Shown here: in pieces, positions 25,067-36,049 of the stretch | How the letters are laid out: every line of letters starts with the position of its first letter | Position numbering within the stretch: position 1 is the stretch's first letter | From: Camelus dromedarius | Lineage: Eukaryota | Direction of reading: 5' to 3' | NCBI RefSeq assembly: GCF_036321535.1 | Contig: NC_087447.1 | Coordinates: 33,110,001-33,174,000, forward strand | Length of the DNA stretch: 64,000 nt | Notes under the pieces: generated by a model | Databases searched by the model: none | Told to the model about the DNA's origin: nothing | What the model saw: only the letters and a program-made list of their open reading frames with translations | Translations under genes and position numbers: made by a program

Positions 25067-26674
25067 TAATATTCCCTGGGCCCAGAGACTCTCCTTCTTT
25101 TAGACTTAAATCAGTACTGTAAAGTGTCCTGCCCATGGCCCTTAGGGAATATGCAAATACACTCCTGTCTAAATTTAGTACCAGTGCTTGTTGGTAAGCA
25201 TTCGCATGACAGTGAGTTTACGAACAGGATGAAATTATTTTAATGCTGCTTAACACTGCAGTATTGATACTCAAATATTCACGTTAACATGACTACCAAT
25301 CTGTTTTTATTAACAATATTAGTGCTTCTAAAATAGGAGAGCATTTCTGGGGATGGGGTCACGAGGGTAGAAGGGTCTCTATCATGCTATCTTCTCCAAC
25401 CCTCAGGAGGGGATGGTGGTGGAAGGATTTCTCTCAGTTTTTGTATTTCCCCATCCAAGTGATAGCTTCCTCCTTTATGAGAAGTGTCAATCTGGCAAGT
25501 CTGATGCAGACTGATCATGTGTGCCGGAGACCATGGCCCCAGCATGATACAAGCCATCACTTCTATCAGACCTCCCACACTCAGGCATAGAAGGATCTCC
25601 AGAACTGCCCATCTCAGGGCCATCAGGAAAGCAAAGACGTGCCCAGGTCTCTGCACACTCTCTTCTAGCTTTCCCTCTACAACTGAGAGAGTATGACAGG
25701 GGAGCACTAGGGTGGGGCCAGATGCCCCCAGAGAGCCCAAGATAAAGGCCACACTCCAATGCCCTCACTGACCCACAGCTATTTTCTACTGACTTGAACT
25801 CATAGGAATGGAGAGGAACATGGTGACTCTCCAAACCTCTAACAGATAGTCAGAGTAATATTCCATGTTTACAGAACAAAGCGATCCCAAGTGGCTCTAT
25901 GGCTAAAAGTTAAGTGACCAACAGAGAAATGATTCCACACTGTTCGGGGCCGCATAGCGGAATACTGATCTGAGTCTCCTGAGTGTGTCCCACTGCTAAT
26001 GGGGAAGCCAGGACACAACACGAAAAGACAACGTTCCTGCGCAACAGCGCATGCCACCCTGCAATGGGCTGGGGGGTAGTGGAAATGGCAGTTTCTCTGA
26101 ATGTGAAGGGCAGAGTTGTGTGTTTAGTAACCTGTCATGTTTCCCTTGTTGCCTGGACTGTCCAGCACGTTAAGGACCTTCCAACTCTAAACATAGTGCA
26201 TGTCAGGATTGCACAGTAAATAAGTAAGTGACTCTAAAAAGGGGCCAAAGGAAAAAATGGTTGTAACAGATGCAAAAAATAGACACAAATTATGCAAAAA
26301 TAAAAGCCACAAATTTGCTGCTTATTGCCTATCAAAATAGGCTAAAGGATTTAATCATTTCTGGCATAATTATATTTAGTATCCACGGGACATTAGGTAT
26401 CTATGGGCATTCAATATCTGTAGGAATGAAACAGAAAATAGAATAAATGAGTTTTCTACATACAATAGACAATGTCTCAGAACTTAAATAGCAAGCCCAC
26501 TGATGATTTTCTAAATTGATGATTTTCTAAAACACTAAAATAGTACACAAGCATTTACTGTACCACTTTAATTTTGCTTTGATTTTCTGGCTGGTGGTCT
26601 AGATTCAATCGTAATTAATACATCAAGCTACAAGAGCAGAATTGATTTGTGTCAGATAAACTGGCCGAGTCTCC

Positions 26675-27550
26675 TTTTGCGTCAGTGTCTATTGACTGAG
26701 CACCCAGGAAGCACAAGGTCTTGTGTCGGTGGGAAAGACATACGTAAACAGCTAAGTTTAACAACACATAATATGTGCACGTTGACTACTGCAAGCTGAA
26801 TTGAGAGGAGGAACAATTTACTGAATGAGAAGTTCAAGGAAAGTTGGGATTTGAGCTGGACTAAGAAGGATGAACAGGATTTCAATTGGAAGAAGAGGAG
26901 GATGAAAAGAGTCACTCCAGGATAATAAGAGATCCCAACAAGAGGGAAGAGGGCGTGAGATCACCTGGCCTGGCCTGTTAGGAGTGTGGTTAGTTAACGC
27001 TCAAGTGTGACTGGCGAGGAAATAGGGAGAGATGGTATTGTAAGAGATGAGGCTTGAAATATCCAGATGGGGCCAAGCTGTCACAGGGTCTTGAGTATCT
27101 TGCTAAAGAGTTTAGACTTATTACAGGATATTGAATGTAGTTCCCTGTGCTATACAGTAGGACCTTGTGGTTTATCAATTTTATATATAGTAGTTTGTTT
27201 CTGCTAATGCTAAACCCCTAATTTATCCCTCCCCCACCTCCTTTCCCCTTTGGTAACCATAAGTTTGTTTTCTATGTCTGTGAGTTTTTTTCTGTTTTGT
27301 AACTAAGTTCATTTGTATCATATTTTAGATTCCACATGTAAGTGATAGCATGTGAGAACTATATTCAATATCCTGTAATAAACCATAGTAGAAAAGACTA
27401 CGAAAAAGGATATATATATAAAATATATATGCATTTATAATTGAATCACTTTGCTGTACATCACAAACTAAAACAACATTGTAAGTCAACTATAGTTCAA
27501 TAAAAAGTTTTTTAGAAAAAGAGTTTAGACTTTATCCTAAAGCACTCTTA
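26675..27550 (-). mobile_element. L2 fragment, interrupted by L1 at 27120-27517
   Basis: ctattgactgagcacc...ggatttgagctggactaagaaggatgaacagg...tgctaaagagtttagactttatcctaaag. Confidence 0.7.
27120..27517 (+). mobile_element. L1 3'UTR insertion with 5' inversion (twin priming), 15-bp TSD
   Basis: 27120-27352 is antisense L1 3'UTR; 27353-27517 is the sense 3' end. TSD aaagagtttagactt at 27105-27119 and 27518-27532. Confidence 0.9.
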
Positions 27551-29914
27551 GAAATATACTCACAACGCTTATCTCTTTATCAATATGAATATCGTTTTAC
27601 AAATGCGCCTGGCTCTAAATACGTCAGACCATCCTACAATGTCACTCAATCTTGCCTCCCCTCATTCTCTCCAAAATTGTACCTGTACACTTCAAGGGAG
27701 ACTTCTAGACTGGGACCCTGCTCAATTCATCCTCATCACATTACCCATATTTGCAAACTATGTCTAGCGTACTGTAGGTACTTTTGCCAAAAGCTTTCCT
27801 ATTCCCGTTGCTATTTCCTTCAAAATCCCCAAATATCACTTATCTGATTCACAGTCCAGCGATTTATCAATTGTATTATCTTCACTGATATGTTATCAGA
27901 ACAATTTACCTTTTATTCACCCTCTTGCCTCCCTCCATATTGCCTGTGAGTCTCTGAAAGCATCTTTGCGCAGGGAAGGCATCTATATCACTCATTTGGT
28001 TCAGGATTTCATTTACATCTTTAGTATGAGCAGTCATATTAATCTTTGCCTGTATCTTCTCTGGCCCTCTGCTCCTGACTTTGTGTATTTCTTGTACAAT
28101 TTATCCAGCATCTCATCAAACAGAAATTTCCCAGAAGCAGCACTTCTGCACGTACACCTCAGTGGAAGCACCCTCGTAATGACTGGCTTCTTAAGGATTC
28201 TGAAGTGCCTCAAGATTGACCTGTGTTGCAGGAACTTCTACAGTGAAAGGAATTTTATTGAAATGATTTTCTTTGAATATCAGTCATCCGCTAGCCGTGC
28301 AGACTCAACGTTAAAGTCAGTTTGCACATCTACCTGTCAGGAGCAGTGGCTTCCTCAGGCTGGGAGGAAGGCTTGAGTGGCTAAGTGCCTCTATGTTTCA
28401 GGTGGACTTCTGCTTTCTTGTTAAACCTTCCAGATACATAAGGACAAGTTTTAGTAGAAAGGAATCTCCATGCGTTTATTTCTCAGAAAACTTCGGAGCA
28501 CTGTAACATGCTCAGCTCTGTGCTGAATGGTGGTTAAACAGAGACGCACAGACACGGCCTGCAGGAAGCAGACAAGGAAACCGTCAGCTGCAGCACAGGT
28601 TTACAGGGACTGGAGCCGTGTCTGCAGGGTGTCTTCAGCACACAGAGAAGGGATGCTCAACCAGCCCGAGATCAACTTGGAAGGCAAGGAAAAACAAAAC
28701 TACATCACCACCAACTATAAAATCATTAAAGAGCCCCCCTTGCATGGTTGAAAATAAACACCAGGGAAGGCTAATTAATCTACTTCTCTGGACAGTAGAA
28801 GGACACTGTGGGGACACTAGGAGTGTGACACTAGCAACTGTCTCCTGAACTGCTGGAGGATTTAAAGCAAGGGCATCACACCAGCTTTACAAGGATCTCT
28901 AGAACGACAATTCCTACAGCGGCGATGGTTGTGCAGGTGAGCAGATACTGAGAAAATGAGCCGGTAAAACTCCCAGCTAACCTGCTGGCTCTGATTTTCC
29001 ACTTAAATAATTCTAAATTTTAAGAAATGGCTCCCTGCCTATCTTTCATTTAAGAAAGATAAAACAACAGACACAAACATCAAACATTTTGCCACTTCTT
29101 AGTAGAAGCTGCTGGTGGATCTGGGGTTAGGGGAGGGAGGTACTTCTTTTCCATTTACCTGATTCCCCTAAGAGTGACTTCCCCATGGGCCTCTTGCCTG
29201 CCTCCCGCCTCGTTCTTCCCTGACTGCTGCGAGTGGAGGGAGGCACTGGACCTACGGAGCCCCGTTCTTTCCTCCCTGCTGCACTAGCAATCAGGAGGTC
29301 TGTTGGATAGACCTCTTCTGGGCTGCCTCTCCCGCCCTAAAATGTGCACAGGAAGTCCTATGTGGAGATGCTCCGTGACTCGCCCTGGCCCACCTGTGAC
29401 TGGCTGCATAAGTCTGTCTAATTTGGGGGTTCAGAATCATGAGGACTGTTGTCACACACATAAGCCATGTTCTCTGGGATGAGCTTGATCAGTATTCATA
29501 CTGACATTTTTGTCCATTTGCTTGATTTCTTCATGTCTTTCAGTTGGTTCTGAAGGCAGGTGGGGAAAACAAGGGTGTCGTTTTTAGGCTCTCCTCAAAC
29601 CATGACAGTTATCATAATAAATTAATATATTGGTTCCCATGAGACTAACCATCTCAGGTACCCTGATAAGGCCAAGGTTCTGAACCCAGAAAACAGAGGA
29701 TCTGACTCTCAGCGACATGGATGAACAAACAGAAAGCTGGTCTGTAACGAGAAAGTAATACGCAGCCAACTCAAACAAAAAGCAGCAGGAAGAAGACATT
29801 AAGAGAGACTACTTTCAGCACCCCAGCTCCTAGAGCGACCTGATCCCAAGTCCCAGCCACCTAGCCGCCCTCAGGTGCTGCAACCCTCCTGCAAAGCTCA
29901 CCAGTGCTAACAGA

Positions 29915-30776
29915 CACATCCAGCTCCACAAGCAGGCAACCAGCTCAGCCGCACAGGACCCCTCACTCAGGAGGGCCCTGCACTTGGGAATTAATGCTCC
30001 GTGGTCACCATCTTAAAGCTCTTAATAATTTCATCTTTGAATTTATGCTTGCTAAGTGAGGTCCAGTGGGACAGTGGAGCATGCACTGGGGGTCCCACCT
30101 CCCACCACCTCCTTAGCTCTCCAGGATGGGTTCTCAGCTCTCCATTCCCCATCCCCTGCAGCCCTGGGTCCCTCAGAGCCTCTCCTTCTCCATCTAGTGA
30201 AAACGGCCACCCTCAGTCCCTAGCAGGGTCCTCCTGTGCACAGACACAGGGAGGGTGAGGGTTGAACATGCAGGCTCTGGGTGTTTCCAGGTGGAGTATG
30301 GCTATGTCATCCCTGTCACCAGCTGGTGGCAGTCAGGTGCATACCATGGTGATCCGGGGAACTGGTGGGGAGACTGCAGTCCCCATGGATTGCCCATGTG
30401 CCGTGGACTGGGCCAGAGGGTTCAAGCGAAGGGGGATACCTGGCTCAACTCCCCGGTCCCAGCTGGGTCCCAGTACACTGGGCAGGTTAGGGAGGAGACC
30501 TGAAGTCAGTGGGAAACACACATGTGCCACACTGGGGGATGGGCTTGAAGCTCTGCTGAGGGTCTGTTCTCACTCAAGGAGCAGCCCCATGGCCAAGGGA
30601 GCGGCATTAAATAGTAAATGAAAAACGCCATGACAGGCTGAGAAAGAGGCCACAGAAGAAAGGTAAAAAATCTTTGTATTTTCATACCTTTAAAGAACAG
30701 ATTTTTCCGACTTTTTAAACAAGCATCCCACACGTTCATTTTACCCTGAGCTCTCCAAATTACAGAGCCAGTCCTG
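29915..30776 (+). mobile_element. MER45B/C-like hAT-Tip100 DNA transposon fossil
   Basis: cgcacaggacccctcactcaggagggccctgcacttggg...ttaatgctcc...cttaataatttc; ends ttcattttaccctgagctctccaaattacagagccagtcctg. Explains the GC-rich ORF cluster at 30001-30817. Confidence 0.7.
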
Positions 30777-31414
30777 GTTTCTCTTACCTGCAACCAATGG
30801 AGTCCTAACGAGCACACTGCATGTCTTTCACGCAGCTCTGTATTTTCAGTAATTCTTCATAAGCCTCTTACGCATGAGATAACACCATTTTGTAAATTGT
30901 TCCATTGGGTTGGAAGCATTGGCTCAAATCCCCTTTCCACACTGGACAGTGGGATCTCCAGCGACCCTGCTTCATTGGCCTCTTGCTCCCTTGGTGCCCG
31001 GAGCTGTGCTCCAGACACAGAATTCACATCCACTGCATGTTTACGGAACAAGTGTCAGTACCATCAGTCATTAAGGCAAGACGGTTTTCAAGGATCATCA
31101 CCTCTTCTCCAGTCCTAATGACAGATGAGAGAGAAGGCTTAGGCTGTCGGCAACTTACCGACAGCTGCCTGGTGGAAGCTCCCCTCCAGTTCCAAGTTAA
31201 CACAGGACCGGAAAGCAGATAAACACTCTTCCACAGACAGTCCCAGCCTTCCTGCCTGGTGGTGTAAATCTGATTTGAAACAGTCCGCAAGTGGTTTTTT
31301 TTTTTCCATTTAACCCCAAATACCAAAATATTTATCAACAGATGTTGCATGGTTTCAAAAGTTCTTTAGCCTGTTCATCAAAAATGTGCACAATTTTTTT
31401 TAAGTATAGCTCTC

Positions 31415-31505
31415 AAAGATATGTATGAATGTGCATGACTGAAACACTGCTGCACACCAGACATTGATACAACATTGCAAACTGACTATACTTCACTAAA
31501 AAAGA
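31415..31505 (+). mobile_element. Extreme 3' end of L1 (severely 5'-truncated)
   Basis: atgtgcatgactgaaacactgctgcacaccagacattgatacaacattgcaaactgactatacttcactaaaaaa. Confidence 0.75.
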
Positions 31506-33106
31506 ATGCAAAACAATGCATAAATACAATGAAAAGTATGAATTACCAAAAAATAGCAGAAAGGGGAGAGACCGTGCACTGACAGTCTCTAGTTGGAATA
31601 TATTAAGATAGCACCAGATGGTTTAATGATCAACAACCAGGGAGGAAGAACAACAGTGGGAGAAAAACAAGGAAAAGGAAGAAAAAAGGAAAGAAAAGGA
31701 AAGAGGAGGGGAAAGGAGGAGAGGAAAGAAATTAAAAGCCGTCACACTAACTGGGTTAAATCAGATTCAACTATGACTTATTTGAGAATTACCTGTGAAA
31801 CAGAACAATGCTATCAACCTCCAGGGTGATGGTGGGAATTAAAGGAGATAACATATGTGAACACACCCAGCAAGGTGTCTGGCACATACTTGGTGACTGC
31901 TGTTGAAGCGGAAAGAGTATTTTTCATTTATGTGAGAAAAACCAAACAAAGCAAAACTCCTTCCGTGGGCGTCAGCCCCCAGGAAAGCCCACCAGAGTGA
32001 ATTTGCACCAATTAGGATTGTTCAAGAAACTGCCTCCTTGGGTTTTGCTTGTTAACAGAAGCGTTAATGCCGTTTGTTTCCACCCAGATGTAGTCAACTC
32101 CATGAACACCACCAAGTCTAGGAAAAGTTTTTTAAACATTAAAGAAAAAAAAAATTAGTTCAAGCTGATTCTCCTCGCCCGACTCCCTCTGAAAATGATT
32201 CTGTTACAGGTGGAATAGTCAACTATAAAACGTACACCCTGAAACAGAGATGTGCGTTTGGGAACTTGGCTTAAACTCCTGAACTGCCTTCTCCTTCATC
32301 ACTGTACCACCAATAACACTCTCTTAGCTTTCATAGCACTGGATATTTTAAAACACATCGATACATGCCCCTTTAATAATTCTTTGCAAAAACACAGTTG
32401 GATAAACACAAGTGATAGTAACCCAAATGCAATACGTAAAAACATGGAAGTGACAACTTACCAGTAACGAAATCAGGCCTAAGCCCCAATTCTCCAACCC
32501 CTTTGTCTAATTCTTCAACCACACTACAATGCCTCCCCATGCACTACCGATGAAACACAGGGTTTTCCAGATTTAACCGAGATCAACGCGATTGACCATG
32601 AAAATTACTTTAAAAGAATTATTTCCCCTAATTCATAACTTTCAAGGCAAGATGTATTTTCAGAGTCCGCGGACTCCAGGAACATTATTTGAACTCCTAT
32701 TTTTCATAGTTGGGGTTTCCAAATTCCACAAAGGTGAAGCCACATGATCACAGTGGCATGAGAGGGCTTAGGTGAACACAAACTCACTGACCTAATGCGA
32801 TCAATACTATTTATGAGGTAACATCATTCTGAAAAAAATGCATTCAAATCAAATCCCTATGTTGCTCCTCAGATTTACAGCATTTACCTGCAGATACGAG
32901 CCATGGCTTGATAATCTGTGCAACTGTATTCATGCTTATGATTTTTATTCTGATTTGGAAATATTTTCAAGCCTTCTTTCATAAGCTGAGCACTAGTTTC
33001 TCTATTGGTCTCATGGAACTTTAAAACACACACAAATATTATGTGTATAAATCCCCCTTGTAAGACACACAAACTATATTGAATTCATAGGAATAAGTGA
33101 ATGTGT

Positions 33107-33144
<38 letters not shown>
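33107..33144. repeat. (TC)n(AC)n compound microsatellite
   Basis: Directly visible. Confidence 0.9.
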
Positions 33145-33329
33145 GCCTCCATGGGTTATAAGGTGAAAAGTCTACATGGTTCCTGTCTCAATGTATTCCC
33201 ATAAATATCTGGATAGATATTTACAAATGAACAACTAGCCAGGTGATGATACTTTATGTATTGTCCTGTAATTTGATTGTATTTATTTTTCTTTTTTTCT
33301 CAAAAATATGTCTTTCAATGTAGGTGCGT

Positions 33330-33790
33330 ATATGCATGTAAATTATGTGTACCTACACACACACACTCAGAATTTCAAACCACTGTATTCTAGTCCATGA
33401 AATGATACTCCAAATAAATTAAATCATTCCATTACTGACAGATCATTTGGCTGTTTCTAGTTTTCAGTGAATACAAATAACGCAGCAAAAACATCCCTGT
33501 ATGTGTATTTCCCCCCTGAGGGGCATGATGTGTAGAGCACATTTCAGAGGTAAAGTCAATGGAATCAAGAGAGCCCCATATTACCCTTCAGATTTACTTT
33601 AAATGTAGATGGATTTTGTCAAATTGCCATCAAAAAGTCTCACTGATTTATACTGTCAGTCTGTATGAGGCTGTTTACTCCAATCCCACCAACATAGAAT
33701 AAAATCATTCTTCTAAAACTCTCAGCTAATTCAGGAATACGGCAACTTAGTCATTATTCATTATTTCTCTCATTACCAGCATATGATGAT
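33330..33790 (-). mobile_element. Old L1M (L1ME-like) fragment
   Basis: ccattactgacagatcatttggctgtttctagtttt...caaataacgcagcaaaaacatccctgta...ttgtcaaattgcc. Confidence 0.6.
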
Positions 33791-33974
33791 CTCTGTAGAA
33801 CGATACTGATAACATGCTGCGCATCCGTGGGCAAGTTACTTACCCTCTCTGTATCTCGGTTTTGTGACCTTTAAAATGGGGGGTAATAATAATAATGCCT
33901 AACTCGAAGGGTAGTTTCCTGGCTTTCTGTACACTTTGCCTCTTTTTCAATTGTGCCTCTTTCCTCTTTAGCTG

Positions 33975-34490
33975 ATTCGCTCAGTTAACACGTATTTAAT
34001 GATTGCCTACAGTGTGCCAGGCGCCATTCTAGTTACTGGAGACAGAGCAAGAAGATGCGACCAAGCAGTCACTCTCACAGGGCTTATGTCCCCACGGGGA
34101 GGCAGACAATAAAAAAACAAACACATGAATGTATAATTTTCAGTAAGGCTGTGTTAGTAAAGAAAAAATTAAGGTGGTATGGGGCTGAGAAGAAACAGAG
34201 GTCTATTTCAGATAAAGCGGTCAAAGAAAATCTCTGAGTATGGAGGACACGTGACTGCAGACCTAGAGGAAATGAGCATGGGGTCTGAGGGGACCACAAG
34301 CGCAAAGCCCTGAGGTCGGCATGTGTGAGGGTGAACAAGGAATCATGTGCTGGTGCACAGGGAGTACAGGGGAGAGAAGAGAGATGCGGCTGAGAGGAAC
34401 CGGGGACCAGATTCTGAATGTTCTCATTAGCCAGAAGGAGGAATGTGAATGCTACTCTCAACACCACCGGAAGCCAGGTCACTGGCCTAC
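33975..34490 (-). mobile_element. L2 3' region
   Basis: gtatttaatgattgcctacagtgtgccaggcgccattctag...ggtcaaagaaaatctctgag...gcaaagccctgaggtcgg. Confidence 0.75.
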
Positions 34491-34898
34491 AAATTGCTGA
34501 ACTGCTCCCAACAGAGAGTGGGGGTTAAAACTTAAAGCCTCCTACCCACAGCAGTGCCCACTTGCCCTCTTCTGAGCAGGGCTCACAGGGAACAGAAGCC
34601 CATGTCAGCCATCAGCACATCTACCCCAACCACAGGCCAACAGGCAGAGGTGCACAGAGCCGCCCCGCTGTGGAACCGTGCCCCTGACCCACAATCACAT
34701 CTTTTCCTTCCACCTAAAACATAGATTCAAAGCATTTTTCTTCTTCTCTGACGCACAGCGCGCTTACCAGCTGTCAGACCAGGGACAAGAATCCTGGCAA
34801 GTTCAGTTACCAGAATGGCACAAAGGGTCTACCCCAGGACCACCGAGAGCCTGGGCGGGGCGGCAGCTCAAAGCTCTCCCCCACAGCGGCCAGCCTAC

Positions 34899-35021
34899 CT
34901 CTGCAGGTGGTCCCGTTCCCCACGTAGCCCGGTTTGCAGGTGCAGCTGTGTCCCGGGACAGTGTTGGTGCAGATGGCATTCTCATCGCAGTTGTGCTGCC
35001 CGCTACCACACTCGTCGTGCT
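34899..35021 (-). CDS. NELL1: Internal coding exon of NELL1 (neural EGFL-like 1), one EGF-like repeat
   Basis: Minus strand reads polypyrimidine tract tttctttctcactctgcag|AGCACGACGAGTGT...ACCTGCAGAG|gtaggc. Length 123 nt, phase 1-1. Translates to (E)HDECGSGQHNCDENAICTNTVPGHSCTCKPGYVGNGTTCR(A), with 6 Cys in EGF spacing. Matches NELL1 as recalled (…GSGQHNCDENAICTNTVQGHSCTCKPGYVGNG…) rather than NELL2. This frame is not in the ORF track. Confidence 0.95.
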
Positions 35022-35333
35022 CTGCAGAGTGAGAAAGAAAGACACACCTTTTTGTAAGTTGGCATCACTGGTGTTGGAAAAGTCAGCTGGAGCTCACTAA
35101 GTCAAGATGACAGTGACAGCTGTGCATTGGAAACTTACTAAATGCCTGGCAGTTTCAACCCCTGATACGGCTGATAGCTCAACAACTCTCAGAGATGGGT
35201 GTTGTCATCCTCACTTTGCAGGTAAACAAACAGCATCAGAGAAGTCAAGAGACTTACACCAGACACAACATAAGGGCTGCTCTAAGCTCATGGCTTCTTC
35301 TCTGTCTGAAAAGGTTTCTGCAGCGGCTCCAGG

Positions 35334-35568
35334 GCAGTGCTTCTCAGTGGAGGTGGGGGAGGGCAATTTTACATCCCCTCCTCCTGGAAACATCTGACAA
35401 TGTCTCGGGATATTTTTGGTTATCGTGCTTTGGGAAAGGAGACGCTACTGAAATCTCATGGATGGTGGGCAGGGACGCTACTAAGCATCTTACAATGCAC
35501 AGGACAGCCCACCCCAAAAAGACTTAACCAGCCGCAAAGGTCAACAGTGTCCCGGTCGGGAAACCTTC
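35334..35568 (+). mobile_element. MER20 (hAT-Charlie MITE)
   Basis: cagtgcttctca...catctgacaatgtctcgggatatttttggtt...ctaagcatcttacaatgcacaggacagccc...gtcaacagtg...gaaacc. Confidence 0.85.
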
Positions 35569-35641
35569 CTCTAAGTTTAAAAAAAGAGAAAGAAAAACAG
35601 ATACCATGGCACATGAGAGATGCCATGGTATCTTCAGAACA

Positions 35642-36049
35642 TATTGGTTGGAAACCCTAGGAGCTTTCTGGGTGCAATGAAACTAGCCTTCATACGCGGA
35701 CGGCGAGGAGAGACCAAAGAAAGAGGCAGCCCACTCCAGATCGGGAGGAGGCAGGTTTAATAAGCAAAGGAACTTACATATGAGGCTGGTCTTGGGAGTC
35801 TGCAAGACCAGTTGATCTCAGCACCCACCCACCAGCATCTTAAACATTTCTATAGAGGCTTTATTCGCTTTCAGTCACATGTAATACCCTGATGGTCTCA
35901 ACGCCACCTTCCTCTCTCAAGGTTGGGTCTTTGAAACAGCTCTGGCTACAGGAACAGTGGGTGGAATGTACATGACAAGGAGTGGGTGTGGAGGCTCCAG
36001 CTCCCAGGCCCGTCACCTGTCACGTGACACTGGGTGCCTTTCTCCAACA
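35642..36049 (-). mobile_element. ERV-type solo LTR with 5-bp TSD
   Basis: Minus strand starts TGTTGGAGAAAGG; ATTAAA signal near 35757; TSD gaaca at 35637-35641 and 36050-36054. Confidence 0.65.

Larger units (their letters stand above)
1..34898 (-). other. NELL1: NELL1 intron downstream of the exon (continues beyond window start)
   Basis: GT donor at 34898-34897. No further NELL1-like exon (next expected: AFCEEGCRYGG...) was seen, and the sequence is repeat-rich. Confidence 0.8.

Noticed and set aside
29814..29835. ttcagcacc, a REST/NRSE left half-site
   Set aside because: The right half (GGACAG) is absent at canonical spacing.
30001..30817. Cluster of GC-rich ORFs suggesting a gene or CpG island
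   Set aside because: Lies within a MER45-like DNA transposon fossil, and the translations resemble no protein I know.
31660..31736. Purine-rich GA tract producing a K/R/E-rich ORF
   Set aside because: Low-complexity sequence, not coding.
34678..35100. Overlapping ORF-track ORFs (140, 80 and 80 aa) around the exon
   Set aside because: They are shadow frames of the GC-rich NELL1 exon. The true frame is the Cys-rich minus-strand one bounded by splice sites.
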